Source: Utricularia gibba (taxonomy: Eukaryota; Plantae; Magnoliophyta). From it: 44,933 bases of DNA. Shown here piece by piece: positions 24,015 to 36,001 of the stretch. The notes below the pieces were generated by a model. It was not told the DNA's origin and searched no databases. It saw only the letters and a program-made list of their open reading frames with translations. The stretch spans positions 1 to 44,933 of the forward strand of contig NEEC01000250.1 of assembly GCA_002189035.1 (NCBI GenBank), given 5' to 3'. The translations under genes were made by a program, and so were the position numbers. Positions within the stretch are counted from its first letter, which is position 1; each line of letters starts with the position of its first letter.

Positions 24015-25116
24015 GTGATGCATTTATTAACGTTGGGTTTTCGGCGGCTGCCTACATGCTTTTTCAAGGAAAAGTTGTCGTTTTTTGGCGGGTGCTGTTG
24101 TTGGGAACTTCGTCCGACCCAAGGTTCGGTCTGACTTCACAGCAATAAGGTCCCATTCGACGAAAATCGTGATACCTTTATTGAAGTTAGGATCTCGTGA
24201 CCACCCCAAATGCTTTTTTCAACAGCATGCTATACACTCGAGAGGGCGCTTTTGTGGGTCACCGAGATCGGGCCGGAATTCGGGTCGAGCTCGGGCCCAA
24301 AGTCAGCTGTAGCCGACAAAAGAAGTGATGCATTTATTAACGTTGGGTTGTCGGCGGCTGCCCACATGGTTTTTCAAGCAACAGCTTGCCGTTTTAAGGC
24401 GGGTGCTGTCGTTGGCAGCTTTGTAAGGGCCCAAGGTTCGGTCAGGCTCCTGAGCCCAATCGGGTCCTACTCGATGAAAATCGTGATGCATTTGCTTTTG
24501 TTAGGATGTCATGAGAACCCCAATGGGTTTTCTCAACACTCTACTTTATATTTGAGAAGGCGCTCTCGGGGGTTTGGGATGGGCCTCGGGTCGGGCTGCC
24601 CATAGTCAGTTGTAGCCCGGAAAATAAGTGATGCATTTATCAACGTTGGGTTTTCGGCGGCTGCCAAATGGTTTTTCAAGCAACAGCTTGCCGTTTTAAG
24701 GCGGGTGCTGTCGTTGGCAGCTTTGTAAGGGCCCAAGGTTCGGTCTGGCTCCTGAGCAATCGGGTCCTACTCGATGAAAATCGTGATGCATTTAGGATGC
24801 CCGAGAAGAAAAAAGTCAGTTGTAGCCTAAGTGATGCATTTATAACGTTGGGTTTTCGGCGGCTGCAAATGGTTTTTCAAGGCTTGCCGTTTTAAGAGCT
24901 TTGTAAGGGCCCAAGGTTTGGTCTGGCTCTGAGCCCAATCGGGTCCTACTCGATGAAAATCGTGATGCATTTAATGAAGTTAGGATGTCATGAGCGCCCA
25001 AATGGTTTTCTCAACAACCTGATTTATATTTGACGAGGTGCTCTAGGCTGGCACTAGTATCGAGCAAATGGTCGAGTCGCGCTCTGGCCCATAGTCATTT
25101 GTAGCCCGGCAAAAAA
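24015..25116. repeat. Tetrameric HOR 3; second c2 reduced to ~48 nt and second d1 partly deleted
   Basis: c2 at 24483, d1' near 24628, c2 remnant at 24783-24830, d1 at 24831 with internal gaps. Confidence 0.65.
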
Positions 25117-28100
25117 GTGATGCATTTATTAACGTTGGGTTTTCGGCGGCTGCCTACATGCTTTTTCAAGGAAAAGTTGTCGTTTTTTGGCGGGTGCTGT
25201 TGTTGGGAACTTCGTCCGGACCCAAGGTTCGGTCTGACTTCACAGCACAATAAGGTCCCATTCGACGAAAATCGTGATACCTTTATTGAAGTTAGGATCT
25301 CATGACCACCCCAAATGCTTTTTTCAAACAGCATGCTGAGAAGGCGCTTTTGTGGGTCACCGAGATCGGGCCGGAATTCGGGTCGGCTCGGGCCCAAAGT
25401 CAGCTGTAGCCCGTCAAAAGAAGTGATGCATTTATTAACGTTGGGTTGTCGGCGGCTGCCCACATGGTTTTTCAAGCAACAGCTTGCCGTTTTAAGGCGG
25501 GTGCTGTCGTTGGCAGCTTTGTAAGGGCCCAAGGTTCGGTCAGGCTCCTGAGCCAATCGGGTCCTACTCGATGAAAATCGTGATGCATTTGCTTTTGTTA
25601 GGATGTCATGAGAACCCCAATGGGTTTTCTCCACACTCTACTTTATATTTGAGAAGGCGCTCTCGGGGGTTTTGGGATTGGGCCGAGGTCGGGTCGGGCT
25701 CACGCCCATAGTCAGTTGTAGCCCGGAAAATAAGTGATGCATTTATCAACGTTGGGTTTTCGGCGGCTGCCTAAATGGTTTTTCAAGCAACAGCTTGCCG
25801 TTTTAAGGCGGGTGCTGTCGTTGGCAGCTTTGTAAGGGCCCAAGGTTTGGTCTGGCTCCTGAGCCCAATCGGGTCCTACTCGATGAAAATCGTGATGCAT
25901 TTAATGAAGTTAGGATGTCATGAGCGCCCAAATGGTTTTCTCAACAACCTGATTTATATTTGACGAGGTGCTCTAGGCTGGCACTAGTATCGAGCAAATG
26001 GTCGAGTCGCGCTCTGGCCATAGTCATTTGTAGCCCGGCCAAAAAAGTGATGCATTTATTAACGTTGGGTTTTCGGCGGCTGCCTACATGCTTTTTCAAG
26101 GAAAAGTTGTCGTTTTTTGGCGGGTGCTGTTGTTGGGAACTTCGTCCGGACCCAAGGTTCGGTCTGACTTCACAGCACAATAAGGTCCCATTCGACGAAA
26201 ATCGTGATACCTTTATTGAAGTTAGGATCTCATGACCACCCCAAATGCTTTTTTCAACAGCATGCTTTAAACTTGAGAAGGCGCTTTTGTGGGTCACCAG
26301 ATCGGGCCGGAATTCGGGTCGGGCTTGGGGACAAAGTCAGCTGTAGCCCGTCAAAAGAAGTGATGCATTTATTAACGTTGGGTTGTCGGCGGCTGCCCAC
26401 ATGGTTTTTCAAGCAACAGCTTGCCGTTTTAAGGCGGGTGCTGTCGTTGGCAGCTTTGTAAGGGCCCAAGGTTCGGTCTGGCTCCTGAGCCCAATCGGGT
26501 CCTACTCGATGAAAATCGTGATGCATTTGCTTTTGTTAGGATGTCATGAGAACCCCAATGGGTTTTTCTCACACTCTACTTTATATTTGAGAAGGCGCTC
26601 TCGGGGGGTTTTGGGATTGGGCCAGAGGTCGGGTCGGGCCCATAGTCAGTTGTAGCCCGGAAAAAGTGATGCATTTATCAACGTTGGGTTTTCGGCGGCT
26701 GCCTAAATGGTTTTTCAAGCAACAGCTTGCCGTTTTAAGGCGGGTGCTGTCGTTGGCAGCTTTGTAAGGGCCCAAGGTTTGGTCTGGCTCCTGAGCCCAA
26801 TCGGGTCCTACTCGATGAAAATCGTGATGCATTTAATGAAGTTAGGATGTCATGAGCGCCCCAAATGGTTTTCTCAACAACCTGATTTATATTTGACGAG
26901 GTGCTCTAGGCTGGCACTAGTATCGAGCAAATGGTCGAGTCGCGCTCTGGCCCATAGTCATTTGTAGCCCGGCCAAAAAAGTGATGCATTTATTAACGTT
27001 GGGTTTTCGGCGGCTGCCTACATGCTTTTTCAAGGAAAAGTTGTCGTTTTTTGGCGGGTGCTGTTGTTGGGAACTTCGTCCGGACCCAAGGTTCGGTCTG
27101 ACTTCACAGCACAATAAGGTCCCATTCGACGAAAATCGTGATACCTTTATTGAAGTTAGGATCTCATGACCACCCAAATGCTTTTTTCAACAGCATGCTA
27201 TACACTTGAGAAGGCGCTTTTGTGGGTCACCGAGATCGGGCCGGAATTCGGGTCGGGCTCGGGGACAAAGTCAGCTGTAGCCCGTCAAAAGAAGTGATGC
27301 ATTTATTAACGTTGGGTTGTCGGCGGCTGCCCACATGGTTTTTCAAGCAACAGCTTGCCGTTTTAAGGCGGGTGCTGTCGTTGGCAGCTTTGTAAGGGCC
27401 CAAGGTTCGGTCAGGCTCCTGAGCCCAATCGGGTCCTACTCGATGAAAATCGTGATGCATTTGCTTTTGTTAGGATGTCATGAGAACCCCAATGGGTTTT
27501 CTCCACACTCTACTTTATATTTGAGAAGGCGCTCTCGGGGGGTTGGGATTGGGCCAGAGGTCGGGTCGGGCTCACGCCCATAGTCAGTTGTAGCCCGGAA
27601 AATAAGTGATGCATTTATCAACGTTGGGTTTTCGGCGGCTGCCTAAATGGTTTTTCAAGCAACAGCTTGCCGTTTTAAGGCGGGTGCTGTCGTTGGCAGC
27701 TTTGTAAGGGCCAAGGTTTGGTCTGGCTCCTGAGCCCAATCGGGTCCTACTCGATGAAAATCGTGATGCATTTAATGAAGTTAGGATGTCATGAGCGCCC
27801 CAAATGGTTTTCTCAACAACCTGATTTATATTTGACGAGGTGCTCTAGGCTGGCACTAGTATCGAGCAAATGGTCGAGTCGCGCTCTGGCCCATAGTCAT
27901 TTGTAGCCCGGCCAAAAAAGTGATGCATTTATTAACGTTGGGTTTTCGGCGGCTGCCTACATGCTTTTTCAAGGAAAAGTTGTCGTTTTTTGGCGGGTGC
28001 TGTTGTTGGGAACTTCGTCCGGACCCAAGGTTCGGTCTGACTTCACAGCACAATAAGGTCCCATTCGACGAAAATCGTGATACCTTTATTGAAGTTAGGA

Positions 28101-31100
28101 TCTCATGACCACCCAAATGCTTTTTTCAACAGCATGCTATAACTTGAGAAGGCGCTTTTGTGGGTCACCGAGATCGGGCCGGAATTCGGGTCGAGCTCGG
28201 GCCAAAGTCAGCTGTAGCCCGACAAAAGAAGTGATGCATTTATTAACGTTGGGTTGTCGGCGGCTGCCCACATGGTTTTTCAAGCAACAGCTTGCCGTTT
28301 TAAGGCGGGTGCTGTCGTTGGCAGCTTTGTAAGGGCCCAAGGTTCGGTCAGGCTCCTGAGCCAATCGGGTCCTACTCGATGAAAATCGTGATGCATTTGC
28401 TTTTGTTAGGATGTCATGAGAACCCCAATGGGTTTTCTCCACACTCTACTTTATATTTGAGAAGGCGCTCTCGGGGGGTTTTGGGATTGGGCCAGAGGTC
28501 GGGTCGGGCTCACGCCCATAGTCAGTTGTAGCCCGGAAAATAAGTGATGCATTTATCAACGTTGGGTTTTCGGCGGCTGCCTAAATGGTTTTTCAAGCAA
28601 CAGCTTGCCGTTTTAAGGCGGGTGCTGTCGTTGGCAGCTTTGTAAGGGCCCAAGGTTTGGTCTGGCTCCTGAGCCCAATCGGGTCCTACTCGATGAAAAT
28701 CGTGATGCATTTAATGAAGTTAGGATGTCATGAGCGCCCCAAATGGTTTTCTCAACAACCTGATTTATATTTGACGAGGTGCTCTAGGCTGGCACTAGTA
28801 TCGAGCAAATGGTCGAGTCGCGCTCTGGCCCATAGTCATTTGTAGCCCGGCCAAAAAAGTGATGCATTTATTAACGTTGGGTTTTCGGCGGCTGCCTACA
28901 TGCTTTTTCAAGGAAAAGTTGTCGTTTTTTGGCGGGTGCTGTTGTTGGGAACTTCGTCCGGACCCAAGGTTCGGTCTGACTTCACAGCACAATAAGGTCC
29001 CATTCGACGAAAATCGTGATACCTTTATTGAAGTTAGGATCTCATGACCACCCAAATGCTTTTTTCAACAGCATGCTTTAAACTTGAGAAGGCGCTTTTG
29101 TGGGTCACCGAGATCGGGCCGGAATTCGGGTCGGGCTTGGGGACAAAGTCAGCTGTAGCCCGTCAAAAGAAGTGATGCATTTATTAACGTTGGGTTGTCG
29201 GCGGCTGCCCACATGGTTTTTCAAGCAACAGCTTGCCGTTTTAAGGCGGGTGCTGTCGTTGGCAGCTTTGTAAGGGCCCAAGGTTCGGTCAGGCTCCTGA
29301 GCCCAATCGGGTCCTACTCGATGAAAATCGTGATGCATTTGCTTTTGTTAGGATGTCATGAGAACCCCAATGGGTTTTCTCCACACTCTACTTTATATTT
29401 GAGAAGGCGCTCTCGGGGGGTTTGGGATTGGGCCAGAGGTCGGGTCGGGCTCACGCCCATAGTCAGTTGTAGCCCGGAAAATAAGTGATGCATTTATCAA
29501 CGTTGGGTTTTCGGCGGCTGCCTAAATGGTTTTTCAAGCAACAGCTTGCCGTTTTAAGGCGGGTGCTGTCGTTGGCAGCTTTGTAAGGGCCCAAGGTTTG
29601 GTCTGGCTCCTGAGCCCAATCGGGTCCTACTCGATGAAAATCGTGATGCATTTAATGAAGTTAGGATGTCATGAGCGCCCCAAATGGTTTTCTCAACAAC
29701 CTGATTTATATTTGACGAGGTGCTCTAGGCTGGCACTAGTATCGAGCAAATGGTCGAGTCGCGCTCTGGCCCATAGTCATTTGTAGCCCGGCCAAAAAGT
29801 GATGCATTTATTAACGTTGGGTTTTCGGCGGCTGCCTACATGCTTTTTCAAGGAAAAGTTGTCGTTTTTTGGCGGTGCTGTTTGTTGGGAACTTCGTCCG
29901 GACCCAAGGTTCGGTCTGACTTCACAGCACAATAAGGTCCCATTCGACGAAAATCGTGATACCTTTATTGAAGTTAGGATCTCATGACCACCCCAAATGC
30001 TTTTTTCAACAGCATGCTTTAAACTTGAGAAGGCGCTTTTGTGGGTCACCGATCGGGCCGGAATTCGGGTCGGGCTTGGGGGCAAAGTCAGCTGTAGCCC
30101 GTCAAAAGAAGTGATGCATTTATTAACGTTGGGTTGTCGGCGGCTGCCCACATGGTTTTTCAAGCAACAGCTTGCCGTTTTAAGGCGGGTGCTGTCGTTG
30201 GCAGCTTTGTAAGGGCCCAAGGTTCGGTCAGGCTCCTGAGCCCAATCGGGTCCTACTCGATGAAAATCGTGATGCATTTGCTTTTGTTAGGATGTCATGA
30301 GAACCCCAATGGTTTTTCTCCACACTCTACTTTATATTTGAGAAGGCGCTCTCGGGGGATGGGATTGGCCAGAGGTCGGGTCGGGCTCATGCCCATAGTC
30401 AGTTGTAGCCCGGAAAATAAGTGATGCATTTATCAACGTTGGGTTTTCGGCGGCTGCCTAAATGGTTTTTCAAGCAACAGCTTGCCGTTTTAAGGCGGGT
30501 GCTGTCGTTGGCAGCTTTGTAAGGGCCCAAGGTTTGGTCTGGCTCCTGAGCCCAATCGGGTCCTACTCGATGAAAATCGTGATGCATTTAATGAAGTTAG
30601 GATGTCATGAGCGCCCCAAATGGTTTTCTCAACAACCTGATTTATATTTGACGAGGTGCTCTAGGCTGGCACTAGTATCGAGCAAATGGTCGAGTCGCGC
30701 TCTGGCCCATAGTCATTTGTAGCCCGGCCAAAAAAGTGATGCATTTATTAACGTTGGGTTTTCGGCGGCTGCCTACATGCTTTTTCAAGAAAAGTTGTCG
30801 TTTTTTGGCGGGTGCTGTTGTTGGGAACTTCGTCCGGACCCAAGGTTCGGTCTGACTTCACAGCACAATAAGGTCCCATTCGACGAAAATCGTGATACCT
30901 TTATTGAAGTTAGGATCTCATGACCCCCAAATGCTTTTTTCAACAGCATGCTTAACTTGAGAAGGCGCTTTTGTGGGTCACCGAGATCGGGCCGGAATTC
31001 GGTCGGCTCGGGCCCAAAGTCAGCTGTAGCCCGTCAAAAGAAGTGATGCATTTATTAACGTTGGGTTGTCGGCGGCTGCCCACATGGTTTTTCAAGCAAC

Positions 31101-33207
31101 AGCTTGCCGTTTTAAGGCGGGTGCTGTCGTTGGCAGCTTTGTAAGGGCCCAAGGTTCGGTCAGGCTCCTGAGCCCAATCGGGTCCTACTCGATGAAAATC
31201 GTGATGCATTTGCTTTTGTTAGGATGTCATGAGAACCCCAATGGGTTTTCTCCACTCTACTTTATATTTGAGAAGGCGCTCTCGGGGGGTTTTGGGATTG
31301 GGCCAGAGGTCGGGTCGGGCTCACGCCCATAGTCAGTTGTAGCCCGGAAAATAAGTGATGCATTTATCAACGTTGGGTTTTCGGCGGCTGCCTAAATGGT
31401 TTTTCAAGCAACAGCTTGCCGTTTTAAGGCGGGTGCTGTCGTTGGCAGCTTTGTAAGGGCCCAAGGTTTGGTCTGGCTCCTGAGCCCAATCGGGTCCTAC
31501 TCGATGAAAATCGTGATGCATTTAATGAAGTTAGGATGTCATGAGCGCCCCAAATGGTTTTCTCAACAACCTGATTTATATTTGACGAGGTGCTCTAGGC
31601 TGGCACTAGTATCGAGCAAATGGTCGAGTCGCGCTCTGGCCCATAGTCATTTGTAGCCCGGCCAAAAAAGTGATGCATTTATTAACGTTGGGTTTTCGGC
31701 GGCTGCCTACATGCTTTTTCAAGGAAAAGTTGTCGTTTTTTGGCGGGTGCTGTTGTTGGGAACTTCGTCCGGACCCAAGGTTCGGTCTGACTTCACAGCA
31801 CAATAAGGTCCCATTCGACGAAAATCGTGATACCTTTATTGAAGTTAGGATCTCATGACCACCCAAATGCTTTTTTCAACAGCATGCTTTAACTTGAGAA
31901 GGCGCTTTTGTGGGTCACCGAGATCGGGCCGGAATTCGGGTCGGGCTGGGGACAAAGTCAGCTGTAGCCCGTCAAAAGAAGTGATGCATTTATTAACGTT
32001 GGGTTGTCGGCGGCTGCCCACATGGTTTTTCAAGCAACAGCTTGCCGTTTTAAGGCGGGTGCTGTCGTTGGCAGCTTTGTAAGGCCCAAGGTTCGGTCAG
32101 GCTCCTGAGCCAATCGGGTCCTACTCGATGAAAATCGTGATGCATTTGCTTTTGTTAGGATGTCATGAGATCCCCAATGGTTTTTCTCCACACTCTACTT
32201 TATATTTGAGAAGGCGCTCTCGATTGGGCAGAGGTCGGGTCGGGCTCACGCCCATAGTCAGTTGTAGCCCGGAAAATAAGTGATGCATTTATCAACGTTG
32301 GGTTTTCGGCGGCTGCCTAAATGGTTTTTCAAGCAACAGCTTGCCGTTTTAAGGCGGGTGCTGTCGTTGGGCTTTGTAAGGGCCCAAGGTTTGGTCTGGC
32401 TCCTGAGCCCAATCGGGTCCTACTCGATGAAAATCGTGATGCATTTAATGAAGTTAGGATGTCATGAGCGCCCCAAATGGTTTTCTCAACAACCTGATTT
32501 ATATTTGACGAGGTGCTCTAGGCTGGCACTAGTATCGAGCAAATGGTCGAGTCGCGCTCTGGCCCATAGTCATTTGTAGCCCGGCCAAAAAAGTGATGCA
32601 TTTATTAACGTTGGGTTTTCGGCGGCTGCCTACATGCTTTTTCAAGGAAAAGTTGTCGTTTTTTGGCGGGTGCTGTTGTTGGGAACTTCGTCCGGACCCA
32701 AGGTTCGGTCTGACTTCACAGCACAATAAGGTCCCATTCGACGAAAATCGTGATACCTTTATTGAAGTTAGGATCTCATGACCACCAAATGCTTTTTTCA
32801 ACAGCATGCTATACACTTGAGAAGGCTTTTGTGGGTCACCGAGATCGGGCCGGAATTCGGGTCGAGCTCGGCCCAAAGTCAGCTGTAGCCCGACAAAAGA
32901 AGTGATGCATTTATTAACGTTGGGTTGTCGGCGGCTGCCCACATGGTTTTTCAAGCAACAGCTTGCCGTTTTAAGGCGGGTGCTGTCGTTGGCTTTTGTA
33001 AGGGCCCAAGGTTTGGTCTGGCTCCTGAGCCCAATCGGGTCCTACTCGATGAAAATCGTGATGCATTTAATGAAGTTAGGATGTCATGAGCGCCCCAAAT
33101 GGTTTTCTCAACAACCTGATTTTATTGACGAGGTGCTTTAGCTGGCTTAGTATCGAGCAAATGGTCGAGTCGCGCTCTGGCCCAGTCATTTTAGCCCGGC
33201 CAAAAAA

Positions 33208-33813
33208 GTGATGCATTTATTAACGTTGGGTTTTCGGCGGCTGCCTACATGCTTTTTCAAGGAAAAGTTGTCGTTTTTTGGCGGGTGCTGTTGTTGGGAA
33301 CTTCGTCCGGACCCAAGGTTCGGTCTGACTTCACAGCACAATAAGGTCCCATTCGACGAAAATCGTGATACCTTTATTGAAGTTAGGATCTCATGACCAC
33401 CCAAATGCTTTTTTCAACAGCATGCTATACACTTGAGAAGCGCTTTTTGGGTCACCGAGATCGGGCCGGGTCGGGCTCGCCCATAGTCAGTTGTAGCCCG
33501 GAAAATAAGTCATGCATTTATCAACGTTGGGTTTCGGCGGCTGCCTAAATGGTTTTTCAAGCTTGCCGTTTAAGGCGGGTGCTGTCGTTGGCAGCTTTGT
33601 AAGGGCCCAAGGTTTGGTCTGGCTCCTGAGCCCAATCGGTCCTACTCGATGAAAATCGTGATGCATTTAATGAAGTTAGGATGTCATGAGCGCCCCAAAT
33701 GGTTTTCTCAACAACCTGATTTATATTTGACGAGGTGCTCTAGGCTGGCACTAGTATCGAGCAAATGGTCGAGTCGCGCTCTGGCCCATAGTCATTTGTA
33801 GCCCGGCCAAAAA
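33208..33813. repeat. AD dimer: a1 - a2/c2 chimera - d1 - b2
   Basis: The even subunit begins as a2 (GTGATACCTTT...GAGATCGGGCC) and ends as c2 (CCCATAGTCAGTTGTAGCCCGGAAAATAA). d1 follows directly. Confidence 0.8.
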
Positions 33814-34439
33814 GTGATGCATTTATTAACGTTGGGTTTTCGGCGGCTGCCTACATGCTTTTTCAAGGAAAAGTTGTCGTTTTTTGGCGGGTGCTGTTGT
33901 TGGGAACTTCGTCCGGACCCAAGGTTCGGTCTGACTTCACAGCACAATAAGGTCCCATTCGACGAAAATCGTGATACCTTTATTGAAGTTAGGATCTCAT
34001 GACCACCCCAAATGCTTTTTTCAACAGCATGCTATACACTTGAGAAGGCGCTTTTGTGGGTCACCGAGATCGGCCGGAATTCGGGTCGAGCTCGGGCCCA
34101 AAGTCAGCTGTAGCCCGACAAAGAAGTGATGCATTTATTAACGTTGGTTGTCGGCGGCTGCCCACATGGTTTTTCAAGCAACAGCTTGCCGTTTTAAGGC
34201 GGGTGCTGTCGTTGGCAGCTTTGTAAGGGCCCAAGGTTTGGTCTGGCTCCTGAGCCCAATCGGGTCCTACTCGATGAAAATCGTGATGCATTTAATGAAG
34301 TTAGGATGTCATGAGCGCCCCAAATGGTTTTCTCAACAACCTGATTTATATTTGACGAGGTGCTCTAGGCTGGCACTAGTATCGAGCAAATGGTCGAGTC
34401 GCGCTCTGGCCCATAGTCATTTGTAGCCCGGCCAAAAAA

Positions 34440-35376
34440 GTGATGCATTTATTAACGTTGGGTTTTCGGCGGCTGCCTACATGCTTTTTCAAGGAAAAGT
34501 TGTCGTTTTTTGGCGGGTGCTGTTGTTGGGAACTTCGTCCGGACCCAAGGTTCGGTCTGACTTCACAGCACAATAAGGTCCCATTCGACGAAAATCGTGA
34601 TACCTTTATTGAAGTTAGGATCTCATGACCCCCAAATGCTTTTTTCAACAGCATGCTTTAAACTTGAGAAGGCGCTTTTGTGGGTCACCGAGATCGGGCC
34701 GGAATTCGGGTCGGGCTTGGGGACAAAGTCAGCTGTAGCCCGTCAAAAGAAGTGATGCATTTATTAACGTTGGTTGTCGGCGGCTGCCCACATGGTTTTT
34801 CAAGCAACAGCTTGCCGTTTTAAGGCGGGTGCTGTCGTGGCAGCTTTGTAAGGCCCAAGGTTCGGTCTGGCTCCTGAGCCCAATCGGGTCCTACTCGATG
34901 AAAATCGTGATGCATTTGCTTTTGTTAGGATGTCATGAGAACCCCAATGGGTTTTCTCCACACTCTACTTTATATTTGAGAAGGCGCTCTCGGGGGTTTT
35001 TGGGATTGGGCCAGAGGTCGGGTCGGGCTCACGCCCATAGTCAGTTGTAGCCCGGAAAATAAGTGATGCATTTATCAACGTTGGGTTTTCGGCGGCTGCC
35101 TAAATGGTTTTTCAAGCAACAGCTTGCCGTTTTAAGGCGGGTGCTGTCGTTGGCAGCTTTGTAAGGGCCCAAGGTTTGGTCTGGCTCCTGAGCCCAATCG
35201 GTCCTACTCGATGAAAATCGTGATGCATTTAATGAAGTTAGGATGTCATGAGCGCCCCAAATGGTTTTCTCAACAACCTGATTTATATTTGACGAGGTGC
35301 TCTAGGCTGGCACTAGTATCGAGCAAATGGTCGAGTCGCGCTCTGGCCCATAGTCATTTGTAGCCCGGCCAAAAAA
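34440..35376. repeat. Isolated trimeric HOR inside domain 3
   Basis: Complete a1-a2-b1'-c2-d1-b2. Its a2 has the GGGCTTGGGGACAAAG allele typical of domain 2. Confidence 0.9.
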
Positions 35377-36001
35377 GTGATGCATTTATTAACGTTGGGT
35401 TTTCGGCGGCTGCCTACATGCTTTTTCAAGGAAAAGTTGTCGTTTTTTGGCGGGTGCTGTTGTTGGGAACTTCGTCCGGACCCAAGGTTCGGTCTGACTT
35501 CACAGCACAATAAGGTCCCATTCGACGAAAATCGTGATACCTTTATTGAAGTTAGGATCTCATGACCACCCCAAATGCTTTTTTCAACAGCATGCTATAC
35601 ACTTGAGAAGGCGCTTTTGTGGGTCACCGAGATCGGGCCGGAATTCGGGTCGAGCTCGGGCCCAAAGTCAGCTGTAGCCCGACAAAAGAAGTGATGCATT
35701 TATTAACGTTGGGTTGTCGGCGGCTGCCCACATGGTTTTTCAAGCAACAGCTTGCCGTTTTAAGGCGGGTGCTGTCGTTGGCAGCTTTGTAAGGGCCCAA
35801 GGTTTGGTCTGGCTCCTGAGCCCAATCGGGTCCTACTCGATGAAAATCGTGATGCATTTAATGAAGTTAGGATGTCATGAGCGCCCCAAATGGTTTTCTC
35901 AACAACCTGATTTTTATTTGACGAGGTGCTTTAGCTGGCTCTAGTATCGAGCAAATGGTCGAGTCGCGCTCTGGCCCATAGTCATTCTAGCCCGGCAAAA
36001 A

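Larger units (their letters stand above)
15080..32592. repeat. Domain 2: trimeric HORs a1-a2-b1'-c2-d1-b2 (~944 bp; 15 copies) interspersed with 3 tetramers
   Basis: Two new subunits appear: c2 (GTGATGCATTTGCTTTTGTTAGG..., first at 15551) and d1 (GTGATGCATTTATCAACG...GCCTAAATGG, first at 15708). Trimer starts: 15080, 17226, 18161, 19106, 21206, 22146, 23080, 25117, 26047, 26981, 27920, 28859, 29799, 30736, 31670. Confidence 0.96.

Noticed and set aside
35643-35660. CENP-B box-like TTCG...A...CGGG in the AB* a2 allele, and TTCGTCGAA on the minus strand of a1
   Set aside because: The canonical core is TTCG-N4-A-N2-CGGG. The first candidate has N5/N3 spacing and the second lacks CGGG.
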